A stretch of DNA of 64,000 nucleotides from a virus. The notes under the pieces are model-generated. The model searched no databases. It worked only from the letters and a program-made list of their open reading frames with translations, and was not told where the DNA came from. Location: the IMG/VR virus record IMGVR_UViG_3300042197_003344, positions 1 through 64,000 of that record; one strand, 5' to 3'. This document shows positions 30,834 to 39,554 of this stretch, piece after piece. A program made the translations under genes and the position numbers. Each line of letters opens with the position of its first letter. Position 1 is the stretch's first letter.

Positions 30834-32638
30834 AATCTATATATTTTTTTCAGTGTAACTATTCTGCTAAATTCGGCGAAAGAACACAGTATTGGTTACC
30901 ATATTCGGTTGGTTGTCTTTGGGCTTATGCTCAGCAGTTCGATGATATAAAATTAAATTGGGAAGTAAAAGGAAAAATTTATAGGAGAGATCCTATTGAT
31001 ACCGTATTAAAAAAAATAGAAGACCCTACCGTATGTGTTTTTAGTTGCTACTGTTGGAATGAACAATATAATTTAACGGCTGCAAAAAAAATTAAGGAAT
31101 TATGGCCTGAGACACATATAGTATTTGGAGGACCTCAATCAGGAAGTAATCATTTAAAATATGATTTTATTGATTCTATTGTTTTCGGAGAAGGTGAAGA
31201 AAGTTTTTTAGAAATTCTTAGAACTATAGATGCAGGCAACAAACTTCAAGAGTTATATACGAAAAAAAGATTAGAGAATTTAGAAATTCCTAGTCCCTAC
31301 CTTATTGGTTTTTTTGACGATATCATTGCCGAATCTCCAGAAGATTTTTTTCAAGGAGTACTAGAAACTAATAGAGGATGTCCGTATTCTTGTACTTTTT
31401 GCGATTGGGGTAGTACTACCTACGGCAAGGTAAAAAGATTTAATTTAGAACGGGTAAAAGATGAAATAGAATGGGTAACAAAGAATCCTATTACTACTCT
31501 GTTTATTACAGATGCAAATTTTGGGGCGTTCAAAGAAAGAGATTTAGAAATAGCTACTATATTAGAGAAATATAGTAAAAATTCATGTTTAGAATATGTA
31601 AATGTTACCTATGCAAAAAATAGTAATGAACACATATTTAAAGTTGCTAAGGCCCTGGGTCCTTTGGGTCGAGGAGTTACTCTTAGTGTACAGAGCATGA
31701 ATCCAAAGACTCTTGAGGTTATAAAAAGAGATAATATGGCCAGTAACGATCTGAAAAATATGTATGCGTTGAGTCATCAATATGGAGTTACAACATACAC
31801 TGAAGTAATACTAGGGTTACCTGAAGAAACACTAGAAAGTTTTATAGATGGTATATCCGAATTATTAGAGCTAGGTCAGCATACTCAATGTGAAATGTAT
31901 CTTGCAAATGTAATGGAGAATACTGAATTAAATCAGGTTCAAAAATTTAAGTACGGTATAAAAACAATTAGATGCGAAAATTATCAACCATTCTCTTTTA
32001 ATGATTTAAGCAATATTCCGGAATATACAGATTTAGTATGTGAAACTAACACGATGAGTAAAAATGATCTAACCGATGCTTATATGTTTCATTGGACCGT
32101 ACAAAATTTTCATTATCTAGGTTGGAGTCAAATAATTTCTAAATATTGTAGAAATGTGTTAGATATACCTTATAAAAAATTCTACAGCAAACTTTTAAAT
32201 TCGTTGAAACAAGATCAAGGAATCTTAGGAAATGAGTATAGAGAAGTAGAAAAAAATATTAGATATTTATTTGATACAGGGACCTTAATGGTTGATATTC
32301 CTGTTCATCATTATAACGGAAAAAGTCATTCATTGATCTATGATAATTTAGAAACAGTTTTAATTTTTATAATTGAGTTTTCTAAATCTCTCGGTTATAT
32401 AGATCCTACAATAATCGAAATTCAAAAAAGATTTGTTATGAATCCTAAATATTTGCCTCTTGACTATATCGAATCAAATTATAATTTAGAAAATTGGCAA
32501 GAAAAGAAAACAGCTTACAAGATAGAATGCCAGTTCAAAGATTTTGTACCTACTTATACAAATATTTGGGTTTTAAGAAGATCGGGAAAATTAAAAAATA
32601 AAATTATAGAACTCAATGCGGAAGTATTTATAAAATAA
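30830..32638 (+). CDS. B12-binding radical SAM protein
   Basis: N-terminal cobalamin-binding domain (SCYCWN, GGPQ, GEGE); RGCPYSCTFC. Confidence 0.9.
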   Translation: MKSIYFFQCNYSAKFGERTQYWLPYSVGCLWAYAQQFDDIKLNWEVKGKIYRRDPIDTVLKKIEDPTVCVFSCYCWNEQYNLTAAKKIKELWPETHIVFGGPQSGSNHLKYDFIDSIVFGEGEESFLEILRTIDAGNKLQELYTKKRLENLEIPSPYLIGFFDDIIAESPEDFFQGVLETNRGCPYSCTFCDWGSTTYGKVKRFNLERVKDEIEWVTKNPITTLFITDANFGAFKERDLEIATILEKYSKNSCLEYVNVTYAKNSNEHIFKVAKALGPLGRGVTLSVQSMNPKTLEVIKRDNMASNDLKNMYALSHQYGVTTYTEVILGLPEETLESFIDGISELLELGQHTQCEMYLANVMENTELNQVQKFKYGIKTIRCENYQPFSFNDLSNIPEYTDLVCETNTMSKNDLTDAYMFHWTVQNFHYLGWSQIISKYCRNVLDIPYKKFYSKLLNSLKQDQGILGNEYREVEKNIRYLFDTGTLMVDIPVHHYNGKSHSLIYDNLETVLIFIIEFSKSLGYIDPTIIEIQKRFVMNPKYLPLDYIESNYNLENWQEKKTAYKIECQFKDFVPTYTNIWVLRRSGKLKNKIIELNAEVFIK

Positions 32639-32660
32639 AAGCCCTTAACGGGCTTTTATT
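32636..32660. terminator. bidirectional rho-independent terminator
   Basis: TAAAAGCCC-TTAAC-GGGCTTTTA between convergent genes. Confidence 0.75.
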
Positions 32661-34312
32661 TAAGGATTTAAACCATAATACGGAATAGCATAATCTGTTC
32701 CGCCAATATTTAATTTGAGATAACCAACTACTCCGCCGCCGACATTTACTTGACCTGATCCTCCTCCGGCCGCCACACTGTTATTTGCTACATGAACTAA
32801 TTGTGTATGATCTACTTTAAATGCCGATACTAGAGATCCGGCATTATTAAGTGTCGATATTTCGAAAGCTCCTGGAACAGCTCCTCCTGTAGTAACAGTT
32901 CCGCTAGCTTTCGCTGTGACAAGTACCGCAGGAATGTGTGTAGTGCCGTTATATCCCATATAGTAATCTGAGGCAATCGCATCACCGGTTAAAATCACAG
33001 TTGGACTATTTATAGTTCCTCTAGATCTGAGTTGTAGTTTAGGAGATCCGTCAACTTCGCTATTAGCTAGCTTTATAGTAAATAAATCATAGGAATCATT
33101 TACATCCCCTTCCGATTCTATTAATATACCACCTAGGTTTTTATCTATCAAAATAGAATTAGTTTCTATTGGTCCTACGATTTTCCCATCTACACCGTTA
33201 ACAAGAAGGGTAGAATCTTGTGCGAACACAGATCCTATAGCATCACCAATATGTAATCCTGTTAGGTTACCTGTAACATTACCTGTTAGGTTACCTGTAA
33301 CATTACCTGTTAGGTTACCTGTAACATTACCTGTTAGGTTACCTGTAACATTACCTGTTAGGTTACCTGTAACATTACCTGTTAGGTTACCTGTAACATT
33401 ACCTACTAGATTGCCTGTAAATCCTCCTGATGCATTCACCGATTGATTCAATTGATCTACGATCACGGTGCTGTCTTCAGCTAATACCGAACCGTAAATA
33501 TCACCGGTAACAATACCAACAAACGAAGCATCATCTCCTGTGGTGCCTGAATTCAACACAGTAACGCCATTAGTAGATCTTACATTACCAAAGACAGCAC
33601 CGGTCATAGCACCAGTAACATTGCCAGTGAGATTACCAACAAATCCTCCCGGAGCAGTAATAATACCTGTTCCTGAATTTAATAAAACGGTACTGTCGTC
33701 TGCTACGATGTTTATATTGTAATTACTGCCGGTTATTACACCGTCGCCTGATCCCGAACCAATAGCTACACCGCCAACCGTGGAGCCAGCTGGTAAATTA
33801 ATAGCTGAGCCTGTAGCTGTTATTACAGCGTTTCCCACATAAAGACTGGAACCGCTCAAATATAAATCTTTAAATCTTTTAGCAGCACTGCCGAGATCAT
33901 AGGTTGAATCTACATAAGGTATTACATTGCTTCTAATAGTATTATCTAAATTTATAGCACCTAATACACTATCTACTAACACTGTGCTAGTATCATCTGT
34001 GAATACAGAACCTTTGATATCTAGGACAACGACCCCACCCCCTACAGTAGCAGAAATTTTATTAGCAGCGTCGTCGTAGGTAAACGAAATACCGGTATGT
34101 GTACCAGAGGAAAGAACACTGGCTACAGCGTCTTGTGCATCTTCTGTTCCGAAAGCTGTAACAGCAGTTCCGCCAAGGGTGCCAGTAACGCCCCCGTCTG
34201 TGCTGTCACCGACAAAAACTTGTTTGAGTGTTGTATCATAGATCAATTCGCCTATGATGGGCCTAATTGACGTTCTTTCCGCTGTTGTTCCTCTGCGAAT
34301 TTGTAAAGGCAT
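32660..34312 (-). CDS. tail fibre / virion structural protein
   Basis: N-terminal LQIRRGT..GEL.YDT..VGD (Mtd_N-like), YDLGS..KRFKDLYL, G/T/N-rich repeats. Confidence 0.8.
   Translation of the reverse strand: MPLQIRRGTTAERTSIRPIIGELIYDTTLKQVFVGDSTDGGVTGTLGGTAVTAFGTEDAQDAVASVLSSGTHTGISFTYDDAANKISATVGGGVVVLDIKGSVFTDDTSTVLVDSVLGAINLDNTIRSNVIPYVDSTYDLGSAAKRFKDLYLSGSSLYVGNAVITATGSAINLPAGSTVGGVAIGSGSGDGVITGSNYNINIVADDSTVLLNSGTGIITAPGGFVGNLTGNVTGAMTGAVFGNVRSTNGVTVLNSGTTGDDASFVGIVTGDIYGSVLAEDSTVIVDQLNQSVNASGGFTGNLVGNVTGNLTGNVTGNLTGNVTGNLTGNVTGNLTGNVTGNLTGNVTGNLTGLHIGDAIGSVFAQDSTLLVNGVDGKIVGPIETNSILIDKNLGGILIESEGDVNDSYDLFTIKLANSEVDGSPKLQLRSRGTINSPTVILTGDAIASDYYMGYNGTTHIPAVLVTAKASGTVTTGGAVPGAFEISTLNNAGSLVSAFKVDHTQLVHVANNSVAAGGGSGQVNVGGGVVGYLKLNIGGTDYAIPYYGLNP
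33258..33404 (-). repeat. six perfect 24-bp tandem repeats encoding (GNLTGNVT)n
   Basis: CCTGTTAGGTTACCTGTAACATTA x6 on the + strand. Confidence 0.95.
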
Positions 34313-34378
34313 AGTAATCGACTCCTGGAGCTATCTCTTGTTGTATTATTTATGCCGTCTGTTTGATAACCTATAGCC

Positions 34379-34408
34379 AAAAAAATAGGGCTCCGAAGAG
34401 CCCTAAAA
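34379..34408 (-). terminator. rho-independent terminator
   Basis: TAGGGCTC-TTCG-GAGCCCTA followed by a T-run on the minus strand. Confidence 0.85.
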
Positions 34409-34422
34409 GTACGTAGATAATG

Positions 34423-35028
34423 TCACATTGTAGGACCGTTGCCGTTCCTAAACCCTACTTGCCCACCTTCTGCTTCGATACGCTTTAACACGTCTTCAAA
34501 CAAGATAGGTGCAAAGTCAGGTGTTTGTTCTACGCAAACACAGTGGTAACGAGGATCGATTTCGTCTCCGTACAATATTGCACCTGTTCTAGCGTCTACA
34601 CCACGAGCTTTTTTTACACGGCCTGCGTGTAAGTGTCCGTGTATGTTTACACCAAAACGTCCCAACGATGCTTCGTGGACAGGAATATGGCTCAATATCA
34701 TACCATTCATGACGTGATAGGCTCTTAACTCACGAAAGTATTGGTTGTAATCTGTATCACGAAAAATATCGTGATTTCCACGTATCAATACTTTGTCGCC
34801 GTTTAACCGACCTAATGTGGCTAAGGCTTTTCTGTTGATCACAACATCGCCTAAATGGTAGACTTTGTCTGTGGGCTTGACTCGATCGTTCCAGGCCTTG
34901 ATCATAGCTTCGTCCATTTCCGCAGGATCGTCCCACGGACGCAACTTTGTAAAGCCATCGTCCCGTGTAAAACGGCAAACGCCAGCGTGTCCAAAGTGCG
35001 TATCGCTTACTAAAAATACGCTAGGCAT
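34423..35028 (-). CDS. calcineurin-like metallophosphoesterase
   Basis: SDTHFGH, LGD, GNHD, HGHLH. Confidence 0.9.
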   Translation of the reverse strand: MPSVFLVSDTHFGHAGVCRFTRDDGFTKLRPWDDPAEMDEAMIKAWNDRVKPTDKVYHLGDVVINRKALATLGRLNGDKVLIRGNHDIFRDTDYNQYFRELRAYHVMNGMILSHIPVHEASLGRFGVNIHGHLHAGRVKKARGVDARTGAILYGDEIDPRYHCVCVEQTPDFAPILFEDVLKRIEAEGGQVGFRNGNGPTM

Positions 35029-35041
35029 ATTGCCCTCCTTT

Positions 35042-35446
35042 CTATTCTATTGATTTGCGAAACAGTAATTCCTGTCGAGAAAATGCTTCGATTTCCCACG
35101 GTAGATTCAGATACTTGTGATTTTTACGATAGCGTCGACCATTCCAATAATTTACACCGTTGACCTGCTTCAATGTTCCTTTAGCCAATTGCTTGACATG
35201 AACCATTTCGTGAGCTAGTGTTATGCCCATGTCTTTCAAACTTCTAGGTTTAATTAATACCACATAACTGTCGATCACATCTAACGGAACAGTAGCACCT
35301 TCATGATCTCCAACTTCTGTATTGGTCACTTTGATCATTACAGTTTTACGACTACTAGTTAATTTGAGCTCTTTGATCATTCTAGGAACAATGCGCTCAA
35401 AAAAAGCCTTAGTTTGTTTGCTTCGAGTTACAATAGCGTATTCCAA
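35042..35446 (-). CDS. zincin-like metallopeptidase
   Basis: LAHEMVHVKQ...PWEIEA. Confidence 0.75.
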   Translation of the reverse strand: MEYAIVTRSKQTKAFFERIVPRMIKELKLTSSRKTVMIKVTNTEVGDHEGATVPLDVIDSYVVLIKPRSLKDMGITLAHEMVHVKQLAKGTLKQVNGVNYWNGRRYRKNHKYLNLPWEIEAFSRQELLFRKSIE

Positions 35447-35986
35447 TTAGATATCTCCTTCACTCTGTCTACGCTCACGACGAGCTGCTGCCAAAGTAAA
35501 AACCTTTTCGTTATCGTTGGTCCAATCTTCTTCGACAGGAGCCCCATTAATTGTGTGAGGCTCCTGCTCGTCATAGGTCCAACCCAAGCACTTCATCATC
35601 TTGTGCTTGACTAAGAGATTAGGCGAACGAAATACTTCAGTATCACGGAAGCCCATCATAACACCAATCTCGCAGACAGCACCACTGCGACAAACACCAG
35701 CCACACAATGAACTACAACGTTCATATGATTATCAAATGCTCGTTGTAGCAGTTGAATAAGTTGCTCAGCCTGTGCGTCAGAGATTTTCCAAGCATCGTT
35801 GATGGTGTCGTCTGACTTTTCTAGATCAAGAAATTCAAACTGATGAATTTCTTTGAACTGATAGCCGGGAGTAGGAAACTCCATATCAGGATCGACAATT
35901 TGAATCAGCATGGAATTAATACCTGCATCGATATGATGACCTTTTTTAATATCGCTCAGCGATACATTTTGGATCCACGGATTCAT
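35447..35986 (-). CDS. protein tyrosine/dual-specificity phosphatase-like protein
   Basis: HCVAGVCRS (CX5R). Confidence 0.85.
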   Translation of the reverse strand: MNPWIQNVSLSDIKKGHHIDAGINSMLIQIVDPDMEFPTPGYQFKEIHQFEFLDLEKSDDTINDAWKISDAQAEQLIQLLQRAFDNHMNVVVHCVAGVCRSGAVCEIGVMMGFRDTEVFRSPNLLVKHKMMKCLGWTYDEQEPHTINGAPVEEDWTNDNEKVFTLAAARRERRQSEGDI

Positions 35987-35996
35987 CTCGATTTCC

Positions 35997-36215
35997 TTAT
36001 AAACGATATGTGACACGACCTTTGGTTAGATCATAGGCACTGACTTCTACCTTTACTTTATCACCTAAAATTATTTTAATTTTATGCTGTTTCAATTTAC
36101 CGCCTGTATAGCAAACAATAGGTTTAGACATCTGCTCTAATTTAATCCTATACATACTGCCCGGCAGCACTTCTTCTACTACACCAACTAGTTCTATAAT
36201 ATCAGTTTTTGACAT
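35997..36215 (-). CDS. infA: translation initiation factor IF-1
   Basis: 72 aa; GVVEEVLP, IKIILGDKVKVE, YDLTKGRVTYR. Confidence 0.95.
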   Translation of the reverse strand: MSKTDIIELVGVVEEVLPGSMYRIKLEQMSKPIVCYTGGKLKQHKIKIILGDKVKVEVSAYDLTKGRVTYRL

Positions 36216-36253
36216 ATACGTCCTTGATCATAAATTATAATCTCCTTTGTATT

Positions 36254-36282
36254 ATTATAGTTTATTTTTTAATTACTGTCAA
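36254..36282 (-). promoter_or_regulatory. sigma70-type promoter upstream of infA
   Basis: TTGACA-N17-TATAAT. Confidence 0.8.
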
Positions 36283-36283
36283 A

Positions 36284-36357
36284 TGGTGCCCCATGGCAGA
36301 ATCGAACTGCCAATTGATCATTACGAGGGACCTGTTATACCATTTAACTAAAGGGGC
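36284..36357 (-). tRNA. tRNA-Thr(CGT)
   Basis: Cloverleaf, loop CTCGTAA, CCA; near copy of Thr(TGT) at 38863. Confidence 0.85.
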
Positions 36358-36361
36358 AGTT

Positions 36362-36435
36362 TGGAGCGGGTAGCGAGAATCGAACTCGCAAATCAACTTT
36401 GGCAAAGTTGTAGGTTACCATTACATCATACCCGC
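36362..36435 (-). tRNA. tRNA-Gly(GCC)
   Basis: Loop TTGCCAA, U73, CCA. Confidence 0.9.
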
Positions 36436-36436
36436 A

Positions 36437-37009
36437 TTAGAGATATTCAACGTCCGCAGCTAATATAAACCTGTATTCATTACTCTGCACTATTCCCGGT
36501 CTGTGCCATTTATCACCAGGGTAAATCAGCCAATTGTATTTGGAAGGTCTTACAAAAAATTTCACATCGGATTCTAAACCTTCCGGAGCGAATTCTGTTC
36601 CGCAGTAATCTAGATCTTTTACATCGTTGGGAATATCAAGATAAAAGATCCCGCTCATAATTTTAGATTCGGGTTTAGATGGATGCCAATGATGATGCCA
36701 AAGATTTTCTCGATTTTCGGCACCCTCAAGATTAGTCATAAATGACCAGGCCATCATATTAGAAACTTTAACTTCACGACCTAGATATAAGAAAACACTG
36801 AATAAAAAACTCATTCTATATTTTAACCAGATGTCTTCTGCTCTAGCAAAAATATTTTCTTTGGTTTGATACTTAGGAGAATTTGCAAAGTAATTTCCGT
36901 CAGCGATAATTTCTTTAATAATGCCTATGGCGATATTATTATCCTGCTCAGTAATTACAGAGCTAAAGTCAAACTTCCGGAAGGTATCGTTTTGATCTAT
37001 TACTTGCAT
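36437..37009 (-). CDS. putative 2OG-Fe(II) oxygenase
   Basis: WHHHWH, SGIFYL, GTEF, WHRP..RF. Confidence 0.6.
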   Translation of the reverse strand: MQVIDQNDTFRKFDFSSVITEQDNNIAIGIIKEIIADGNYFANSPKYQTKENIFARAEDIWLKYRMSFLFSVFLYLGREVKVSNMMAWSFMTNLEGAENRENLWHHHWHPSKPESKIMSGIFYLDIPNDVKDLDYCGTEFAPEGLESDVKFFVRPSKYNWLIYPGDKWHRPGIVQSNEYRFILAADVEYL

Positions 37010-37015
37010 TTATTA

Positions 37016-37093
37016 TGGAGCGGGTAGGGAGAGTCGAACTCCGCGATCTTCAGCTTGGAAGGCTGCTGGACGCCCCTTGTCCTGTCTACCCGC
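37016..37093 (-). tRNA. tRNA-Gly(TCC)
   Basis: Loop CTTCCAA, U73, CCA; irregular D and T arms. Confidence 0.8.
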
Positions 37094-37111
37094 ATAAAAC
37101 TATTTAACACT

Positions 37112-37186
37112 TGGCCTCGCTACCAGGAATCGAACCTGGATCTAGTTCTTAGGAGGAACTCGTTCTGTCCATTGAACTACAGCGAG
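37112..37186 (-). tRNA. tRNA-Arg(CCT)
   Basis: Loop CTCCTAA, CCA. Confidence 0.9.
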
Positions 37187-37190
37187 TAAA

Positions 37191-37269
37191 TGGTCCGAGT
37201 GGCAAGATTCGAACTTGCGACATCCTGCTCCCAAAGCAGGCGGAATGAACCAGGCTATCCTACACTCGG
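37191..37269 (-). tRNA. tRNA-Pro(TGG)
   Basis: Loop TTTGGGA, CCA. Confidence 0.9.
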
Positions 37270-37274
37270 ATGAT

Positions 37275-37348
37275 TGGTTGCGGAGGAGGGAGTCGAACCC
37301 CCAACGTCAGCTTATGAGACTGACAAGATACCATTTCTATACTCCGCG
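37275..37348 (-). tRNA. tRNA-Met(CAT), initiator-like
   Basis: Loop CTCATAA, C1:A72 mismatch. Confidence 0.85.
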
Positions 37349-37352
37349 TCAA

Positions 37353-37521
37353 ACTTTTATTGATAGTACTCAAGCCTTATAGGACTGAGCGAATTTCTGA
37401 GTGGAGTTCGATTCTCCTCATAAGCCATTGCTCACGGTTTTATCAGAAGAGTAAGATGGCCCTATTCCTCATGAGTCTGTGCGTCCACAAACGATACCCG
37501 CTGAATGCTATCAATAAAAGT
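37353..37521 (-). ncRNA. candidate structured ncRNA
   Basis: About 20-bp terminal inverted repeat plus inner helices CTCATGAG/CTTATGAG and GCCAT/ATGGC. Confidence 0.5.
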
Positions 37522-37728
37522 GTCTAGCCACAGTTCCCTGTTCCGCCCTAGACTGAGTTGTCTACCCTGTCGATCAGTATTTAGGTTTTTGTCGTCAGTT
37601 CTGCTTCTGCCGCCACGGTGTCTCAAGTCGCCCCTAAAGAGGGCCTTGGGGTCGTTACCGTTTGCACCCTGACATTCTGGTGAAGTCAATTACCCCCTTT
37701 AATAACGAGGAAGGGACCCCGGGGTCTG

Positions 37729-38307
37729 TTAGAGCAAGCCTTCTTCTTGAAGGACTTGAACAACTTCATCGCTGAGCGGAATCTCAGTTTTAATGTTCAA
37801 CTCTAAAATTTCATCATTGAGTTTTTGCTTTTGCTTTTTCAGGTTAAGGATTTCTGCCTTGGCCTGAGCGATTTGCTCCTTGCTAACCACAGTAGTACTT
37901 ACTGTATCGCCGTAGCCGTAAATTCTGCTACGAGCTTCGTCCTTGAGACTCTTGATCTTCTCAAGTTTACCTTTGATCACATCGAGATCAGTGTAAGGCT
38001 TCAATGTAGCCAGCTGTTCCAATTGACCAATCCTCTTGTCAATAAACGCAGCTTTAGCTAGTGTAGTATCAATATCACTAGCGGCATTAGCAGTACCAAC
38101 CAAAGCTCTGATATTATATAGAGCCATCGTCAGTTTCTGTCTACGGGCATCTGCCGTAAACAAGGCTTCGTTGGCCTTGGTCAACTCTACACCGGGATCT
38201 TGGAACTCGTTCAGTTCTACAGTGGTGTCGAAGCTGATGTTTTTAATTACATCATTGATGCTGTTCTGTACAGCATTAGCCTTGCGCAGTGTGATATTCA
38301 TTCCCAT
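37729..38307 (-). CDS. hypothetical coiled-coil protein
   Basis: 192 aa helical ORF downstream of rpoZ. Confidence 0.75.
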   Translation of the reverse strand: MGMNITLRKANAVQNSINDVIKNISFDTTVELNEFQDPGVELTKANEALFTADARRQKLTMALYNIRALVGTANAASDIDTTLAKAAFIDKRIGQLEQLATLKPYTDLDVIKGKLEKIKSLKDEARSRIYGYGDTVSTTVVSKEQIAQAKAEILNLKKQKQKLNDEILELNIKTEIPLSDEVVQVLQEEGLL

Positions 38308-38528
38308 TTTGCCTTTTCCTTTTTCTTTAATTTTGTTAGATATTCTGCTTTGGTATACTTACCTTGTTCGATTTCTCTAAGAGCTGTAATAGTAGGAGAT
38401 GCATCCTTGCCGTCTACTCTTTGTAGAGAACCATTTTTAAGTTCTCTGGCACGTTGACTAGCTATCAGTACAAGATCAAATCTATTACCAATTTGCTTCA
38501 CTGCTTCTTCTGACGAAATTCTTGCCAT
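38298..38528 (-). CDS. rpoZ: RNA polymerase omega subunit
   Basis: [25 protein letters not shown]...TALREIEQG. Confidence 0.9.
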   Translation of the reverse strand: MARISSEEAVKQIGNRFDLVLIASQRARELKNGSLQRVDGKDASPTITALREIEQGKYTKAEYLTKLKKKEKAKWE

Positions 38529-38559
38529 CTTGCTTCCTTATATTATACTGACGGATCAA

Positions 38560-38812
38560 TGAAAGGTCAAGTAATAGACCGGACAAATGACAAACGGATT
38601 TTATCAATCCTTGACAACGTGCAATAGACAGGCGACAGTGGCCTGAATATTTCCGATCAGCAATTGACAGGTATGTAAGAATCGGTTCACTCAAGCACGA
38701 AGACTTTTCAAGAGTCTTTGCCAGATAAGTTCGGATTAGGTATAAAACCTAAGCCTAGTGTCTATCCTCATCTACCTTTCACCTCACCGGTTGAGTTATT
38801 TCTAACTCAACA
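38560..38812 (-). ncRNA. candidate structured ncRNA / rpoZ leader
   Basis: Closing helices TGAAAGGT/ACCTTTCA and ATAGAC/GTCTAT, 5' hairpin GTTGAGTTA/TAACTCAAC, own promoter. Confidence 0.5.
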
Positions 38813-38818
38813 AAACTT

Positions 38819-38846
38819 ATTATACACTGTTTTATGTCTTTGTCAA
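38819..38846 (-). promoter_or_regulatory. sigma70-type promoter
   Basis: TTGACA-N16-TATAAT. Confidence 0.7.
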
Positions 38847-38862
38847 GACATTTTGATAATCT

Positions 38863-38936
38863 TGGTGCCCCTTGACAGAATCGAACTGCCAATTGATGAT
38901 TACAAATCAACTGTTATACCATTTAACTAAAAGGGC
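38863..38936 (-). tRNA. tRNA-Thr(TGT)
   Basis: Loop TTTGTAA, CCA. Confidence 0.9.
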
Positions 38937-38940
38937 ATAT

Positions 38941-39014
38941 TGGTGGAGGATAACAGAATCGAACTGTTAATCACGGCTTGCAAAGCCGTTGTTATCCCAT
39001 TTAACTAATCCCCC
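38941..39014 (-). tRNA. tRNA-Ala(TGC)
   Basis: Loop TTTGCAA, G3:U70. Confidence 0.9.
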
Positions 39015-39020
39015 AATACG

Positions 39021-39176
39021 TTAATTATTTTTCTTTTCTTCTTCTGCTAGGTATTCTTGAAGTTTGGCTTGGAACTCTGATTCACTTAATCCGTGCCAAC
39101 CAATACAATCTCCGGTTGGGCTACGACCACAGCCGCAGGTTCCAATTTTTTCTGTTGTATTAACTCTAACTTGCAT
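39021..39176 (-). CDS. small CDGSH-like Fe-S protein
   Basis: CGCGRSPTGDCIGWH; start MQVRVN with SD GGAG. Confidence 0.65.
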   Translation of the reverse strand: MQVRVNTTEKIGTCGCGRSPTGDCIGWHGLSESEFQAKLQEYLAEEEKKNN

Positions 39177-39177
39177 A

Positions 39178-39357
39178 TTATTCTCCCTTGTCCTCTCTAC
39201 GATTTTTCTCTCTCTTAGGTTGGATCGCGGCAGCAAGTTCTGCACCAATCATGGCACGTTTCCAATCATTACGTTGTTGTGTGCTAGAAAATTTACTCAG
39301 TGCTAAACTGGTCTTTAAAGCCTTTGACATCTTATAATTTGCGGTAGGTTTCAACAT
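39178..39357 (-). CDS. small hypothetical protein (59 aa, not in the ORF track)
   Basis: MLKPTANYKMSK...KGE with SD AGGA. Confidence 0.65.
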   Translation of the reverse strand: MLKPTANYKMSKALKTSLALSKFSSTQQRNDWKRAMIGAELAAAIQPKREKNRREDKGE

Positions 39358-39377
39358 TTAGTTTCCTTTTTTAAACT

Positions 39378-39470
39378 TGGTGGAAGGAGAGGGATTCGAA
39401 CCCTCGGACCACTTTTACAGAGATCGACGGTTTAGCAAACCGCTGCCTTCAGCCTCTCAGCCATCCTTCC
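39378..39470 (-). tRNA. tRNA-Ser(GCT)
   Basis: Loop TTGCTAA, long variable arm. Confidence 0.9.
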
Positions 39471-39476
39471 TAAATC

Positions 39477-39551
39477 TGGTGCATCGTAATGGAGTCGAAC
39501 CACTGACATTCGCCTTGTAAGGGCGACGTTCTACCGCTGAACTAACGATGC
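39477..39551 (-). tRNA. tRNA-Val(TAC)
   Basis: Loop CTTACAA. Confidence 0.9.
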
Positions 39552-39554
39552 ATT

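Noticed and set aside
33258-33404. Possible CRISPR array
   Set aside because: The repeats are contiguous with no spacers and lie in frame within a CDS; no cas genes are present.
32660-34312. Diversity-generating retroelement target (Mtd-like N-terminus)
   Set aside because: No reverse transcriptase or TR/VR repeat pair was seen in this window.
37522-37728. tmRNA (including permuted) or RNase P RNA
   Set aside because: There is loose resemblance (CACCA, GGGTGCAAACGGTAACGAC), but no T-arm with a G3:U70 acceptor, no convincing tag ORF and no GAGGAAAGTCC core.
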